64,000 nt of DNA from Antechinus flavipes (taxonomy: Eukaryota): positions 118,482,001 through 118,546,000 of the forward strand of contig NC_067403.1 of the NCBI RefSeq assembly GCF_016432865.1, written 5' to 3'. A program made the translations under genes and the position numbers. The notes beneath the pieces are model-generated. The model was given only the letters and a program-made list of their open reading frames with translations, was not told the DNA's origin and searched no databases. Positions 11,820 to 24,400 of this stretch are shown piece after piece (the stretch's first letter is position 1; each line of letters opens with the position of its first letter).

Positions 11820-12800
11820 AGGCAGCTGGGGCCACAGTAGTTAGAGCTCCAGGCCAGTAGTCAGAAAGATCTGAGTTCAAACCAAGTCTTAGATTATTTT
11901 TTTAATTTTTTAAATTTATTTAACATTTTTCTTCAATTACATTCAAAACATTTTTTAACACTTGTTTTTAAATTTTTTGAGTTCTAGGTTCTCTCCCTTA
12001 TCCCCATCACAATTAAGAAACCACATGTATAATTATGCAAAACATTTCCATAAAAGTCAAGTTATGAAAGAAAACATAGATCTCCCACCCTAATGAAAAT
12101 AAAAACCCTCAAGAAAAAATTAAATTAAAAAAGAGAGACATAGAGAAAGAGATATTGCTTCAACCTATATTCAGACACAATCAGTTCCTTCTCTGGGTAT
12201 GGTAAGAATTTTTTATCATAAGTCCTTCAGAGTGGTAGTGGATAGTTGTACTATTGAGAATAGCAAAGTCATTTACAGCTGGTCACTCCAGAACATTGTA
12301 ATTACTTTTTATACAGCACATCTCATTTTGCTTGAGTTCATGGAAGACTTTCCAGGTTTGTTTGTTTGTTTTTTTTTTCTGAGAGCATTCTGCTCATCAT
12401 TTCCCATAGAATAATAATATTCCATCACAAACACATACCACAGTTTATTGAACCATTCCCCAATTGATGGGCATCCCCTGATTTTCCATTTTTGTGTGTG
12501 TGCTGAGAAGAGAGTTTCTATGAATATATTTTTGTACATATAGGTCTTTTTTACTTTTTAAAATCTCTTTGTTATTCATGCCTCATAGTGGTGTTGTTAG
12601 GTAAAAGATTATGCATGAATTTATAGCCCTTTGAGCATAGATCATTTGATCATTTATCAATTTGAGGCAAGCAAGCTTTAGATTCTTATTAAACTATATG
12701 TTTCTGAGCAAGTCACTTACATTCTCCTTCATTTTCCTCAATTGTAAAGTGGTTATAAAACCATAAAAACATCTACTTCATAAAGTTCTTGCACATAGTA
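11820..12800 (+). mobile_element. MIR-family SINE split by an L1 insertion
   Basis: Head 11820-11893 (ggcagctgggg...gatctgagttcaaacc); CORE and tail resume at about 12670 (gagcaagtcacttac...ttttcctcaattgtaaa). Confidence 0.6.
11897..12640 (-). mobile_element. L1 3' end
   Basis: T-rich tail, antisense 3'UTR, and ORF2 C-terminal remnant KWKIRGCPSIGEWFNKLWY (ORF 12309-12539 minus). Confidence 0.88.
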
Positions 12801-13042
12801 GGTGGTTGCTACATCTTTATTCCCTTCCTTTCTTCCAGTGAAATTGGTTCATTTCTTCAAGGTGAAATTGAAGTGCTAGCACTACCTGAAACATTTTCCC
12901 AGTGTTTCCTCCTTTCTAAAAGCTCTCATTACTTTAATTACATCTTCCCTATTCAGTTATCACAATATGGCAATATTCTGATACATATAGTTTAAGTATC
13001 TGACCTTTTCCCATTTTTGTTAGGCAGTTTGGCAGTGTAGTA

Positions 13043-13222
13043 CAGAGATATCAAGCTCAAATAGAAATAGCTGCCATAATGACTTAGAAAACCACAAATA
13101 AACATTATCTATGCCATTTTGTATTTTGATTTTTAAATAGTTCCCAATTATATATTAATATGTTTTGCTGGTATAAAGTTTTATGGCTTACTTGGGCCCG
13201 TTGCCTGATTTTGGTGCCTATG
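13043..13222. mobile_element. hAT-type MITE (family A) inserted in a MIR
   Basis: Degenerate TIRs cagagatatcaag / tttggtgcctatg; internal tgacttagaaaaccac shared with the other family A copies; MIR head before it (13021) and MIR body after it (to about 13430). Confidence 0.6.
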
Positions 13223-15479
13223 GGTAGTCAGTAGGATATTAGATATTGATCTGAGTTTGAATGTTGACCTTACCAGCTTTGAGGCTCTGAGCCAGCTGCA
13301 TAATCACTTTGTGTTGTAGTTTCCTCACCTATAAAATGGGTTTAGTAATAGTACAAAGCCTCAAAATGAGATCAAAGGGTCAAGTCCTTTGCAGACCACA
13401 AAGTGCTATGTAATTGTTACTATTTTCATCATTATTATTGTTACTGGAAATAATATTAATAGCTGTAAACACATTGAGAACAGTGATTATATATTGTTTC
13501 ATATTTATATCTTTAGGAGCTATTTTATTGCCTTGTACACAGTGAATCCTTGGGAACTGAATTGAATTGATAACCAAATAATAATCAAGTGACTTTTCCC
13601 CTTTTAGTTTGATTGTATCGATTTCTACTGCTTCACCTAAATTATGGAAAGTAAAGATGGAATCTTCCTAGTAAATTTTATAACCATTTCTTCAGAGGGC
13701 AATACAGCATCATTACAACATCATGGTATTGAAATACCACGTTCACAAATTAGGACTTTTTATTTGAATACTATCATTTTTATGATGGCATTCCATTTCT
13801 AAAATTAGTAGCAGAATTTTTAGGAGACAAAGTTATTTTAAGTTTTATAATTTGAAGTCAAATACTAATATAGATTAAAATAAACAGTAAATGCTTAAAT
13901 ATTTTTATCATTACCTTAATAATAAACATAAACAAGTAAAAGAAAAATCCAAGCAATAAATTTATTTACATTTTAAAAAATAAGAATATGAATTTTAAAG
14001 AAAATAACATTTATACAATGTACTCTTAAAAATGTATTTTTGCTTTATACATAAAAAGTTGCAATGCTTTAAAGCTTATATTCTGTAAAGCTATGAATTA
14101 TTTTATGAATATTGCCATACTTCTTGTATTCATAATGTTTTCATGAAACAATAATAGATCTTTCCCAATTTTTAAAGCTATTCCACAGTCACTGGACATT
14201 AAAACAAACTATCACCATCCCTCACATACATACTTGACTGTTCTTTAGAATGATACTCCATTGTCAAGCCCTCAAAACTCAAGCTTAGACAGTTTCCTCC
14301 AAGCTCCAATTGATTCATTTTTGACCAGTATCAGTTGATCCTAAAAAGAATTCTTGGCCCCAGATAATTTCTATTTGGTTGTAGCAGCTTATAAAAAACA
14401 TAGCTGTTGGGTATCACAGTGTTTTAGTGGCAGTATAGTACCCATCCTGTAAAAAACCATTGGATCTTCTAAATTATTAAAGGAAGGACCCTTAAAAAAA
14501 AGATACACATAACTTGTCTATAGTTTCTGAATAGTTTAACACTCAGCTACCTGCAAGTAGATATTACTATTTTATTTTAATTCAATTAATATACTTAAAA
14601 TTTAAAACATTATATTTAATTTCTGCCAACTATTTTCTTCAACAGATAAAAAAATTAGATTTTTGCTGTGTTTTACAATATTGTTGTGCATTTTAAATTC
14701 TCCAAATCTAAGAACACAAGATAGTGTTCATAGATTAATATTCACCTTTTTTCTCTCTCATGTGAGATATATTAAGTAAGTCATGTTTTAATTTTTGTTT
14801 TCAATTAGTGATTCTTAAAAATTTGGAATAATGTGTTTTTTCTCAATATAGCGTCATCAAGGTGAAAGACTATATTTTAGTATCAGATAACTAAAACTTT
14901 TTTTTTTAGAAAATTGTTGATCTCAGAATGTAGATAGATCTTAAGTTTAGTTTGGTTTAATTTCAAACTGCTTTTCAGGACCTCCTTTACTTAGTCCCTT
15001 GGTGGTCTTTCAAAAGCCAGGTGTCTGGGATTGTCTCCAGCCTGCTTTAAAAGCACCCCAGGCCTTGGATTAATACATGAGAGCTGCCTTTTATTTAGCA
15101 ATGCCTATTTACATAATGCCTGTTCATTTTAAACTCACTTGGAATGTATAGCCAAGATGAACCAAACCTTAGTGGGTCAGTAGTGCATGGTCTTATTTTT
15201 CATCGAATTAAATTTAAAAATAAACCCCTTTCACAGCTGGATTGAAGTAGATGTGTCTATATACATATGTATACATTCATATGTGTATTTACTTATGCAT
15301 GTATAATTCTATACATATGCAAGACACATATACACACATAGAAAAAGAATTTTTATTAACAATGCCATTAATATGTGAGGACCATAATGTCTATTAGATA
15401 TATGTATATTTATATATAAACCTTTGTAGGGATTTAAAGGCTCTTTCCATCTATTGAGCATTTCAGGGTCACAGAACAC

Positions 15480-16400
15480 AGTCTGATAATTTATATCCGC
15501 AGTACAACAAAGCCCAGTGCAATGCAAACCTCAAAGTGGTCTCTGCCGGGCAGACAGCGATCAGTTCTCTCCCACTGAATACATTGACTTAATCCTTTGA
15601 TACTATATTCAAGTTCAAAAAGCAGCATTTTCGAGAAATTTGAAGCCTTCCAATGTGAGAGTTTTGTTTTCTGAGTGCAGTCGAGTGCTTTAGATTTCTA
15701 TGTCAATAAGTCGGATTTGATGTTATGGGATAAAGACGGTGGGTGGGTAAAAATGCTTTGGGTCTGCCTTGGGTGTTCAGTGATCTTGTTAATATCATCG
15801 AAACAAACCCTAGCCTTCCCTTTTTCAAATCTCCCATTTAAATCTTGCCTTTGTATTCCCTTTCCAGAAGATTGGATAGTAGTTACGTTTAGCTTTATGA
15901 GCAGAAATCCACTTCACCAAATATGACAAATTGGCATTCTTTATTTCCCAAAGCACTTGGGTGGTGGATTGGCACGGAGATAAGATTATCAATATTCTAT
16001 AAGGAAAAAAATGCTTTTTTAAAAGATTTTGTTGAAAACATGTTAGAACTAAAAACGAATAAGTAAAATCTGTTTTGGGAATAAACAACTACGACAAAAT
16101 AGCTGTCTATTCAAAAAAAAGTGTAAAGTTTGAAATAGTATAGTTTTGGAAAGTCAAGTTATTGTTGAATTTGTTTTGTGTTTTGTTTTTTGTTTATGTT
16201 TTTTGGGGGGTTAGCCTTTTAAATGCTTCGTTTCCATAGGTTTATTCTAAGTGGCTTAAGTCTGATGATGTTGATTTATCCCCTTATTTTTTAGGGAGGA
16301 TAAAAACCTTACAGGTGTGTTTTCCCTATTTGCCTTGCTTTGCCTCCCCACGAGTAGAGTTAATGTAATGTTTATCTATCGGTATAGTTTTGCCATATTC
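15480..16400. promoter_or_regulatory. Candidate regulatory element (unique, CpG-retaining)
   Basis: About 15 CpGs counted in about 900 bp in an otherwise CpG-poor window; no recognisable repeat; AACAAAG, TAATCC, CCTTTGAT and AGATAAG motifs. Function is inferred only. Confidence 0.4.
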
Positions 16401-19400
16401 TTGAAATCTATTTTTAAATCTTTCCTTAACATGATTACATCTCTCTCCCTTTTCCTATGGATCTTCTAATACAGAATACTGAATAAAACATTTTTGAAAT
16501 GTCATTGAGTTGGATGGATTTCACAAGTTAGCTTTCCTCTTTTTAAATGAATGGACAGTCCATATCTCAAAATTGTTTTTGAATTTGCAGGCAAAATGCA
16601 AATGAGAAATGTCCTACTCTACTTCTTGAAACACACATCAATTATTTTTATTAAGTATAATATGTAAAGTTTAAAAATAATTTGTTTTTTAAATTTTTTG
16701 AAAGTGGCTTTTCTTCCTCTTTCACTATTCACTTCAATTTTATTGTTTTACTCTTTTGCCATAATCCGGCTTTAAGCTAAGATTTTGTATATCTGGGAAA
16801 CCTTTAGTAGAAATAACCTAGTATTTTTACCCAGATATTACTGACATCGATAAATGAGACTTCAGATACTTAGATTTTACTTTATTCTGCAAAAGAAACT
16901 CAAATCTCAACAGAATGAAATAACATAATCAGAAATTGCAGTCAGGTTTCCTATGTAAGTAAATTGATCAAGACTACTTATTCCTTCCTCTTTCATTCCC
17001 CTTGAACTTTAAACCTGAGGATAAAGAATAATAGAAAACCAAAGTCCTGCCTTGGCTCTCTAGACTAAGACCCTTAAGAGGATCCCGAATTTGAGTGTGA
17101 TTGGATATGAATGAAAACTTTACCCAAATCTTCTGCTGAGAGATGGGGCCCTCCTGTGGGAGCCTTTAATTGTTTCCCCTCTTTGTAATCGACAGGAGGC
17201 TAGAATCCCAGCTTCTTCACAAAACCAGTTTAAGCAGGGAGATCCACACCAAATCTCAAATGTGATCTGAATTTGACCACTATTTTGTAAGGATAATTGA
17301 TCTAGTTAAGGGAAAGATGGAAAAAGTAGCACAATGCAGCTTTATAAAGAAAATAAACTAGGGCTTAACAAAAAATTAGTATCAAATTCCACTTGTTTCC
17401 CTTACCTACCTTAGTTTCTAAGGGTTAGTTTTTCTCTGGCTTGATTGATTCAGAAAAAGTCAAACCAATTATCTTACTGGACATATACTCTACAAAATGC
17501 AATACCATTGATGTTGCAATTAGCATTTTTACCATTAATATGTGGCTAATACATGCATAGTACTAGTGGAGTGAACAGTGCCAGTTTTTTCCAAATGAAA
17601 ATAACTTGAGTTCCACAAATTAAATGACCTGCCTCACATACAAATAATAAAGGGCAGAGCCAGAATATAGTTCACATCCTTCAAATGCAATCGCTTTGCC
17701 AGTACCTTTGTAAGCCATGGTCATGTATTTTCAATGTTTTATTTTGTACATTTGTAAAACAATGATGATACTACCAAAAATTTTGGAGGAAAAACTATTT
17801 TGTTTAATGCCTATTGCAAGTGTTTCATTCTTATTTGGTACTTGAATGAAACAAGTACTACAATGGAAAAGAAAATGGGCACTAATTTAATTCAATTCAG
17901 GTTCATTCAAAAATATTTGTGAAGTGCCTATATATGTTGGGTACTATGCCTGGTCCTAGGATTCCAAAAATAAGAAATGTAAGTATAAATAATGGCTAAC
18001 TATGAAATTTTTAAAAATAGTTTTATTTATACATTGTGATTAGATGAAATGAGCAGTTACACATAAATTCATGTACTCAAACATGCAGGAAAAACATCCC
18101 AGAGCATAGAGAAGCAAGTATGCAACATAAAGAATCAGAGAAACTCTCACTTGGCACTTCTTCAATGGAGCTAGGAGAAATACAAACATGAAATAGACAC
18201 CCCATACTTTCCTCCCCTTGTCAGTGATAAAAACATAAGCAGATATTCAGTTACAAAGATTACATATACATATATATATATATAAACTGTTATTAAGGGT
18301 ATACACCAAAAATAAACTACAATTAGCTTCTGACAAAATAAAATAGGCAAGACTTGGAACAAACACCTATTTTCTAACATCTATTTCATGACTATGTTAA
18401 CTATAACAAACCTAAGAAAGCTGTACTGGAAAGAGCAATGACAATGAAGGATGCTGTTGAAGAATTTTGTATTGCATGACTTGTAACACATTGCCATACT
18501 AATTTTGATAAGCAAATGGATGATATGGATTCTTGATGAAATAATAAAGGACTTAGTAATTAGTTGGTACTAGAAAACTGAAGCTAATTTAGTGCTAGAA
18601 TTTCATCTTTATCATTGTAAGCTATGTACCTTTCAACAATAATTAGGCTAAAATGCCATGTAGTGGAGGATTTTTCAACTTGCTGAAGCTTATCTATGCA
18701 GAAGTCCAATGGTTAGGCTAGAGAAAGAATGGAGATGATATCTGAAGATGTAAATTCTAGTCTTTCTTCTTAAATCTATGATTCTGGAAGAGATTTAGGC
18801 CTCACTAAACCTCCAATTCCTATGTGTAAAAAATGGAGTGATACTAGTTGTTGACACTATCCCAGTGTTTAGTAAAGAAAGCACTTTATAAAATGCCATG
18901 AGTCATTTGAAAATACCATTATCAATACTGTTTCTATTCTTGAGAGTTTCAAGGACTTGTGTAAAATAAAGTAAAGATTTTTTGGCATAATCAGATTTTC
19001 ATACTGCAATTGTTTCCCTTTGGTCCAATTATATAAGCTTTTTCTTGATGTTATTTAGAGTTTTTTCTTCCATATATTTTTATTTTGAGAGTAAAAAAGA
19101 AATAGAAATAATCACAAAAGGAAATGCATTATATTAATGCTAATTTGTATTTTATATAATAAATTATGGTTTTCAGAAAATTTTCATACATATAATTTTA
19201 TTTCATTTCTAAAATGATCTTGTGATACATGTATATATTCTTATTCCTATTTTATAGATATTTCATTGTACAGCCAGATTTCAAACTCAAGTCTCCTGGT
19301 AAAGAGCTTAGCATTCTTTCTACTTTATCTCTCTACCATACAGATGCTCAGAGATCATCTAATTCAAAGCTTTTATTTGAGAGATTAGGGAACTCAGACT

Positions 19401-19649
19401 CAGAGAAGCTAAGGGACTTGTATAATCTTATTGCACATTTAGGAATAAAAAAAAAAAAGAATCTCAGAAAAATAAAAGAAAATCATCTTGAAGTGAACAA
19501 AATGAACTATGTCTACAATACTAGAAATAAAATCAGTCCTAAAAGATAACAAAATTCTGGCCTAACATATTGGTCAATATTGGTCAGGGAAACCGATTTC
19601 TTAGAAGCAGGGACTCATTCAGTGATTTTTGTTTTGCTGGCTTCCCAAC

Positions 19650-20700
19650 TCCTTTTTCCACTGTTGAGGGCACTAACATTAATCACCAAGGTTCAAAACC
19701 TCAATGCCATTCTTGGCTCTTTGATTATTCTTACCATACTCCCTCCCTGCCCCATGCATTGAATCTACTGCCAAGTTCTGTTATCTCTATCTCCCTATAT
19801 CATAACATCTCTTTGATATACCCTCTGCTCTCCTTTGCCTCTACCACTGTGCCACTATCCTGGTATAGACCTTCATCATCTGATTTCTGAACTACTGTAA
19901 GAGCTTTCTGGTTGGTTTTTCCCCAATCTAATCCATCCTCCACTCAGCTAATGAAAGCGATCCTTTTAAGACTTAGATTTGACCATGTCACTGCCCTTTT
20001 TTTTGTAAGATCAAATAAAAAATCTCATTTGGCTTGTAAAGGCTTTTATAACTTAGATCCTTTTGGTCATTCCAGTCTTTACTCTCAAAACTTAATCCCT
20101 CGCATGTACTCTATGATCTAACAACACAGTCTTTTTGCTATTCCTTGCACAAGACCTTTATTTCCCAGATCTATGTATTTTCATTGGCTGTTCCCCATTT
20201 CTAGAACAAATCTTCGTCCTTGTACTCGCCTGTAGCTTTTTATTTTTAACTTTTCTTTCTTCTTGCCTCTACCTCCTGGTCTCCCCAACTTTAAGTATTA
20301 ACTATCAGAGGTCCTCAAACTTTTTAAATGGGGGGTCAGTTCACTGTCCCTCAGACTGTTGGAAGGCCGGACTTTGTAAAAACAAACACTTTGTTTTGTG
20401 GGCCTTTAAATAAAGAAACTTCATAGCCCTGGATGAGGGGGATAATCATCCTCAGCTGCCACATCTGGTCCGCGGCCATAGTTTGAGGATCCCTGATAGA
20501 TCCTTAATTAGACACTTCTGCAAGAAGACTTCATCAATTTATCTTAAAGCTAACATCTTCCAGCTGAAACTACCCTCAATTATCTTGTACACATTTTATT
20601 TGTATATCATTATTTGCATATTGCCTCCTTTATCTCTTAGACTTCAGCTCCTTGAGGACAGGGACTGTTTTTGCATTTCCTTGTATTCTCTTTACCTAAT
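19650..20700 (+). mobile_element. L2 3' region
   Basis: ttaagacttagatttgaccatgtcact, and cagctccttgaggacagggactgtttt near the L2 3' end; interrupted by the MITE at 20306. Confidence 0.8.
20306..20495. mobile_element. OC1 (OposCharlie1)-like non-autonomous hAT MITE, 190 bp
   Basis: 16-bp TIRs cagaggtcctcaaact / agtttgaggatccctg (2 mismatches); body resembles the OC1-type MITE consensus as recalled; no clean 8-bp TSD (ttaactat vs atagatcc). Confidence 0.8.
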
Positions 20701-20853
20701 TTGTTTTAGATGTGAAATAAATATGGTGTTCAATGCAATTAAATATCAAAGTTAAAGGAAATATCTGTCCTTTCTGCTAGCAATAAACTTTCTTTGGAAA
20801 TACTTTGGAAAGTAGATTATTTAGGTATTTCTTTAAGAAATATCTTGTTTCAG

Positions 20854-21017
20854 GGGCGGCTAGATGGTGCAGTGGATAGAGCACCAGCCCTGAAGTCAGA
20901 AGACCTGAGTTCAAATCTGAACTCAGATACTTAACACTTCCTAGCTGTGTGACCCTGGGCAAGTCACTTAAACCTAATTGCCTCAGTTTAAAAAAAAAAA
21001 AAAAAAGGAAGAAAGAA
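20854..21017 (+). mobile_element. WSINE1 with poly(A) and a 19-bp TSD
   Basis: Near-consensus body and A-rich tail; TSD aagaaatatcttgtttcag (20835-20853) vs aagaaatgtcttgattcag (21018-21036), 2 mismatches. Confidence 0.92.
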
Positions 21018-21089
21018 AAGAAATGTCTTGATTCAGTTCAATTCAACAAAAAGGAGTTAACTGTATTGCATATCAATATAAGAGAGAAA

Positions 21090-21260
21090 ATAGTCTTATC
21101 TCAAAAAACTTATATCATTATATTGGACTACTTGCCATTTAGGGAAGGGAGTAGGGGAAGGAGAGGAAATTGGAACACACGGTTTTGCAAGGCTTAATGT
21201 TGAAGAATTGTCCATGCATATTTTTTGAAAAATAAAAAGCATTAATAAAAAAAGAAAAAA
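21090..21260 (+). mobile_element. L1 extreme 3' end
   Basis: ttggactacttgccatttagggaaggg...ggaacacacggttttgcaagg...aaaataaaaagc, then an A-rich tail. Confidence 0.8.
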
Positions 21261-21989
21261 CTTATACTTGGAGAGGGGTAAAGAAGGATTTATAATATAG
21301 TATGCAAATAAATAAATACAAATTAATTTCAAAAGGAGAGAGTACTAAGAATTTGGGTTGGAAATCTTTCACACTGAGAGTGGCACCTAAACTGATCCTT
21401 GATATAAGTCAAGTATTTTAGAAGATGGATTTGGGAAAAAGGGGGGAAATGCATTTTAAGAATGAAGAAAAGACTTGGAAAGATACCAAGACAATGTGAG
21501 CTTATTGAATTCACAGAAAAGTAAGCAGGTCAGTTTGAAATAATGTACAGAAATTGAAAGAAGGAAATATATAATAATTTGGAATCAGTAAAATAATAGA
21601 TAAATGGGAAACATTGTGAAAAACTATATGCAGAATTGACTTATCTCTGGTGAAGATTTGGGAATGATAGTGATGTGATCATATCTGTTTATTAGAGATA
21701 TTAATTTGACATCTGTAGTGAGGTATAAGGGGGTAAAACTCTAAGCAGGGAAGCCAATTTACTATAAAAGTGACAAAATCTAAACCATGTATCTTCACAC
21801 TTGAAAAAAAATTACAGCACAATATCCCTTGCCATGAAGAATAAAAACAATGTTGAAGTTGAAACCACTATAGAAAAATCAGGATACTTATGTATGTGCA
21901 GTTTCCTTTCAATAAGAACAGGTTTTAAAATAATGCTTTACCATTTCAAGGACTAATTTTGAGGTTATTGCTTAAATATAAGAGGTACT

Positions 21990-22420
21990 ATTTAATCTGT
22001 CAGCATTTATTAAGCACTTATATGTAGCAGACAAGTGTTTGAGATACAAATAAAGACAAAAAGACAGTTGCTGCTCTCAAGGAGCTCACAGTTTAAGTTA
22101 AAACCAATTGTACAGAAACAAAATAATTACTTGAAATATTGGAGGCAATCAACAGAGGGAAATCACTAGCACTAAGGAAGTTTGGAAAAGGCGTCTGGCA
22201 AAAGGTGAGATTTTAACTGAAACTCAAAAGAAGGCAGAGAATAGCAAAAGTAACAGAATTACAAGTATGGGGGACAGCCAATGAAAATGGTCAGAATCAA
22301 GGTGTGGAGTCTCATATTCAAGGAGCAAAAAGGAGACCTTTGTCACTGGATTGTAGAAGGGAAAGTGTAATGTGTGACTAAATAAGTTAGAAGGAATTGG
22401 CTTGTGAAGGATTTCATATG
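21990..22420 (-). mobile_element. L2 3' end
   Basis: tcagcatttattaagcactta...ctgctctcaaggagctcacagtt is the antisense L2 tail. Confidence 0.75.
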
Positions 22421-23879
22421 CCACAGAATTTAGTTTTCCACATACCAGGGTTATAATTACATATGTTGGGAAAATAATAATGAATAGATGAATTTTCTTT
22501 TATCTGCAATTATATAACATCCAAAATTTCATAATTCATTAGATGAAATTCTTACCACATTCTTTGAGAATTATTGATCTACATCTCAATAATGAGTAAG
22601 AAGGAACCATAGTGTTTGGTAGGTAGAATTGTACTTGGCAATTTGAGTAAAGAAATTGAAAGATAGGTAAGAATCTATTCTCTTTTAAAATATTATGAGC
22701 TTGGGTAGACAACAGTGATATCAGAAGAAATAAAGATTTTGGGAGGAATAGTTTGGATGTCTTAAGATATTTAGTACATGATGAGACATGTGGATATAGA
22801 CATATAGCAAATAACTGGAAGTATAACATGGTTCAGAAGTGACATTAGTTTTGAATATTAGTCTTAAAGTTCATTAACACTCCTTTTCAATATCCTTTGT
22901 AGGATATCATCACCTCCATTAAATTTCCCAAGGAACTGTCCTAACCCTTGAAGAATGAAAAGAGGAATATACCTGTGAATATCTAATGATAGCAGCCTCG
23001 GGAACATGTTTTATTGTCTTAAAAGCATGTTGAAGTTTACTAGGATATTAAATTGTAAGAGAATTATGAGAAAGTTCTTGGTACATAGTACCAAGATGAT
23101 TAAATAATTATTCCTATTTTACAGATGAGCAAACTGAGGCTTCTGAAGGTGAAATGTTTTAAAAGTTATACACACACAAAAGTATCATGTCTTCTAGTTC
23201 CATGTCAAAGTCTCCTAATATTATACCATGATTCTTCAGTGAAAGGCCAGAAGGATTTATGTATTATGTAGTTGTATTTATTAGTAAGTCAGTCTTAATT
23301 TTCTGTAGCTCTTGAATCTCCCACAGAAGGCAGCAAGCTTATTTATATTGATTATTCAGAATGTCATCTTTTTTTAAATATACAAATAATGAAAGTCACT
23401 GATTACCCGTTTGACTTTCTACCTACTTAGTGAGGAATATTATAAGAAATGTGTTCAAATTAAAACCATAGAGCCAGATTAAAACATTGGAAAAAATTAT
23501 TCCCAATGCAAATTGTTAAACAACGTTACTCTTGAAGATTGTACCAGTTCTGTTATTTATAGCTTTATGATTCTACACGGATGTTTCTGGATTAGAAGTC
23601 CATTGACAATTTTTTATTAAGTATTCAAAGCATACTTAATACTAGGGCCTGTGAGGAGTTACAAAAGAGGTTTCTGCCTTTGAGGAGTTTACAATTTTAT
23701 GGGAGGGCAGAATAAAGTCAAATGAAAGCATAAAAGAACTAAAAGTTGATAGGAGGCAATATTGAAGAAATCTTTTTTGATGATGAAATGTTTAGAATCT
23801 TACTGTAGAAATAGACACATAAAGTGATGTCGAGTTCCTAAAATGAGAATGTAAATTTTTTTTTCCCCAATAGCAACTT

Positions 23880-24030
23880 GGGATCATAGAATTTGCAGCA
23901 TAAAATCATAGATTTAGAATTGGGAGGGACTTTAGAAGCCATTTTAAGCCAATCCTCATTTTTACAGATGAGGAAATTAAGGCCTAAGGAAGTATAAATG
24001 ACAGAAGCAGGATTTAAATCCAAGTATTCC
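23880..24030 (-). mobile_element. MIR3-like SINE
   Basis: atcatagatttagaattgggagggactttagaagcc...catttttacagatgaggaaattaaggcc. Confidence 0.7.
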
Positions 24031-24229
24031 AGTTTTGTAGTCAGTACTTGTTCATTTGCAGCATATTATATCTCCTTATATTCATTGTCTTGCACAGAAG
24101 TTAAGATAGCTTTTTAAGGGATTTATATGTGTTATAGGACAGGTAAGACAATTTCATTTAAGTACTCTAATGTTTACATAAGACCATCCTGGGGAGATTG
24201 ACCATTCAACTTTTGTGAGATCTGGGGAC

Positions 24230-24400
24230 AATAAGATAGAAACCAGACATGTGAATTAATTAATGTAAGAAGCTCCCAGAGGAGGGAATTCCCTTTACCA
24301 ATGCAGGTCAATATTTTCTCTGAAACTTCGTAGTCTATATCCTCAGAAGAAAAACTTGAATCAAGACCTTCCTGGTTTCTATCAGTTACCCTAATCCACA
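24230..24400 (-). mobile_element. MdoRep1-like SINE
   Basis: Reverse complement has a degenerate tRNA head (ccaggaaggtcttgattcaagt) and gacctgcattggtaaagggaattccctcctctgggagc. Confidence 0.6.

Noticed and set aside
18410-18480. KAVLERAMTMKDAVEEFC, loosely like a hAT transposase segment
   Set aside because: Too short, lacks the upstream RWNS motif and has no TIRs.
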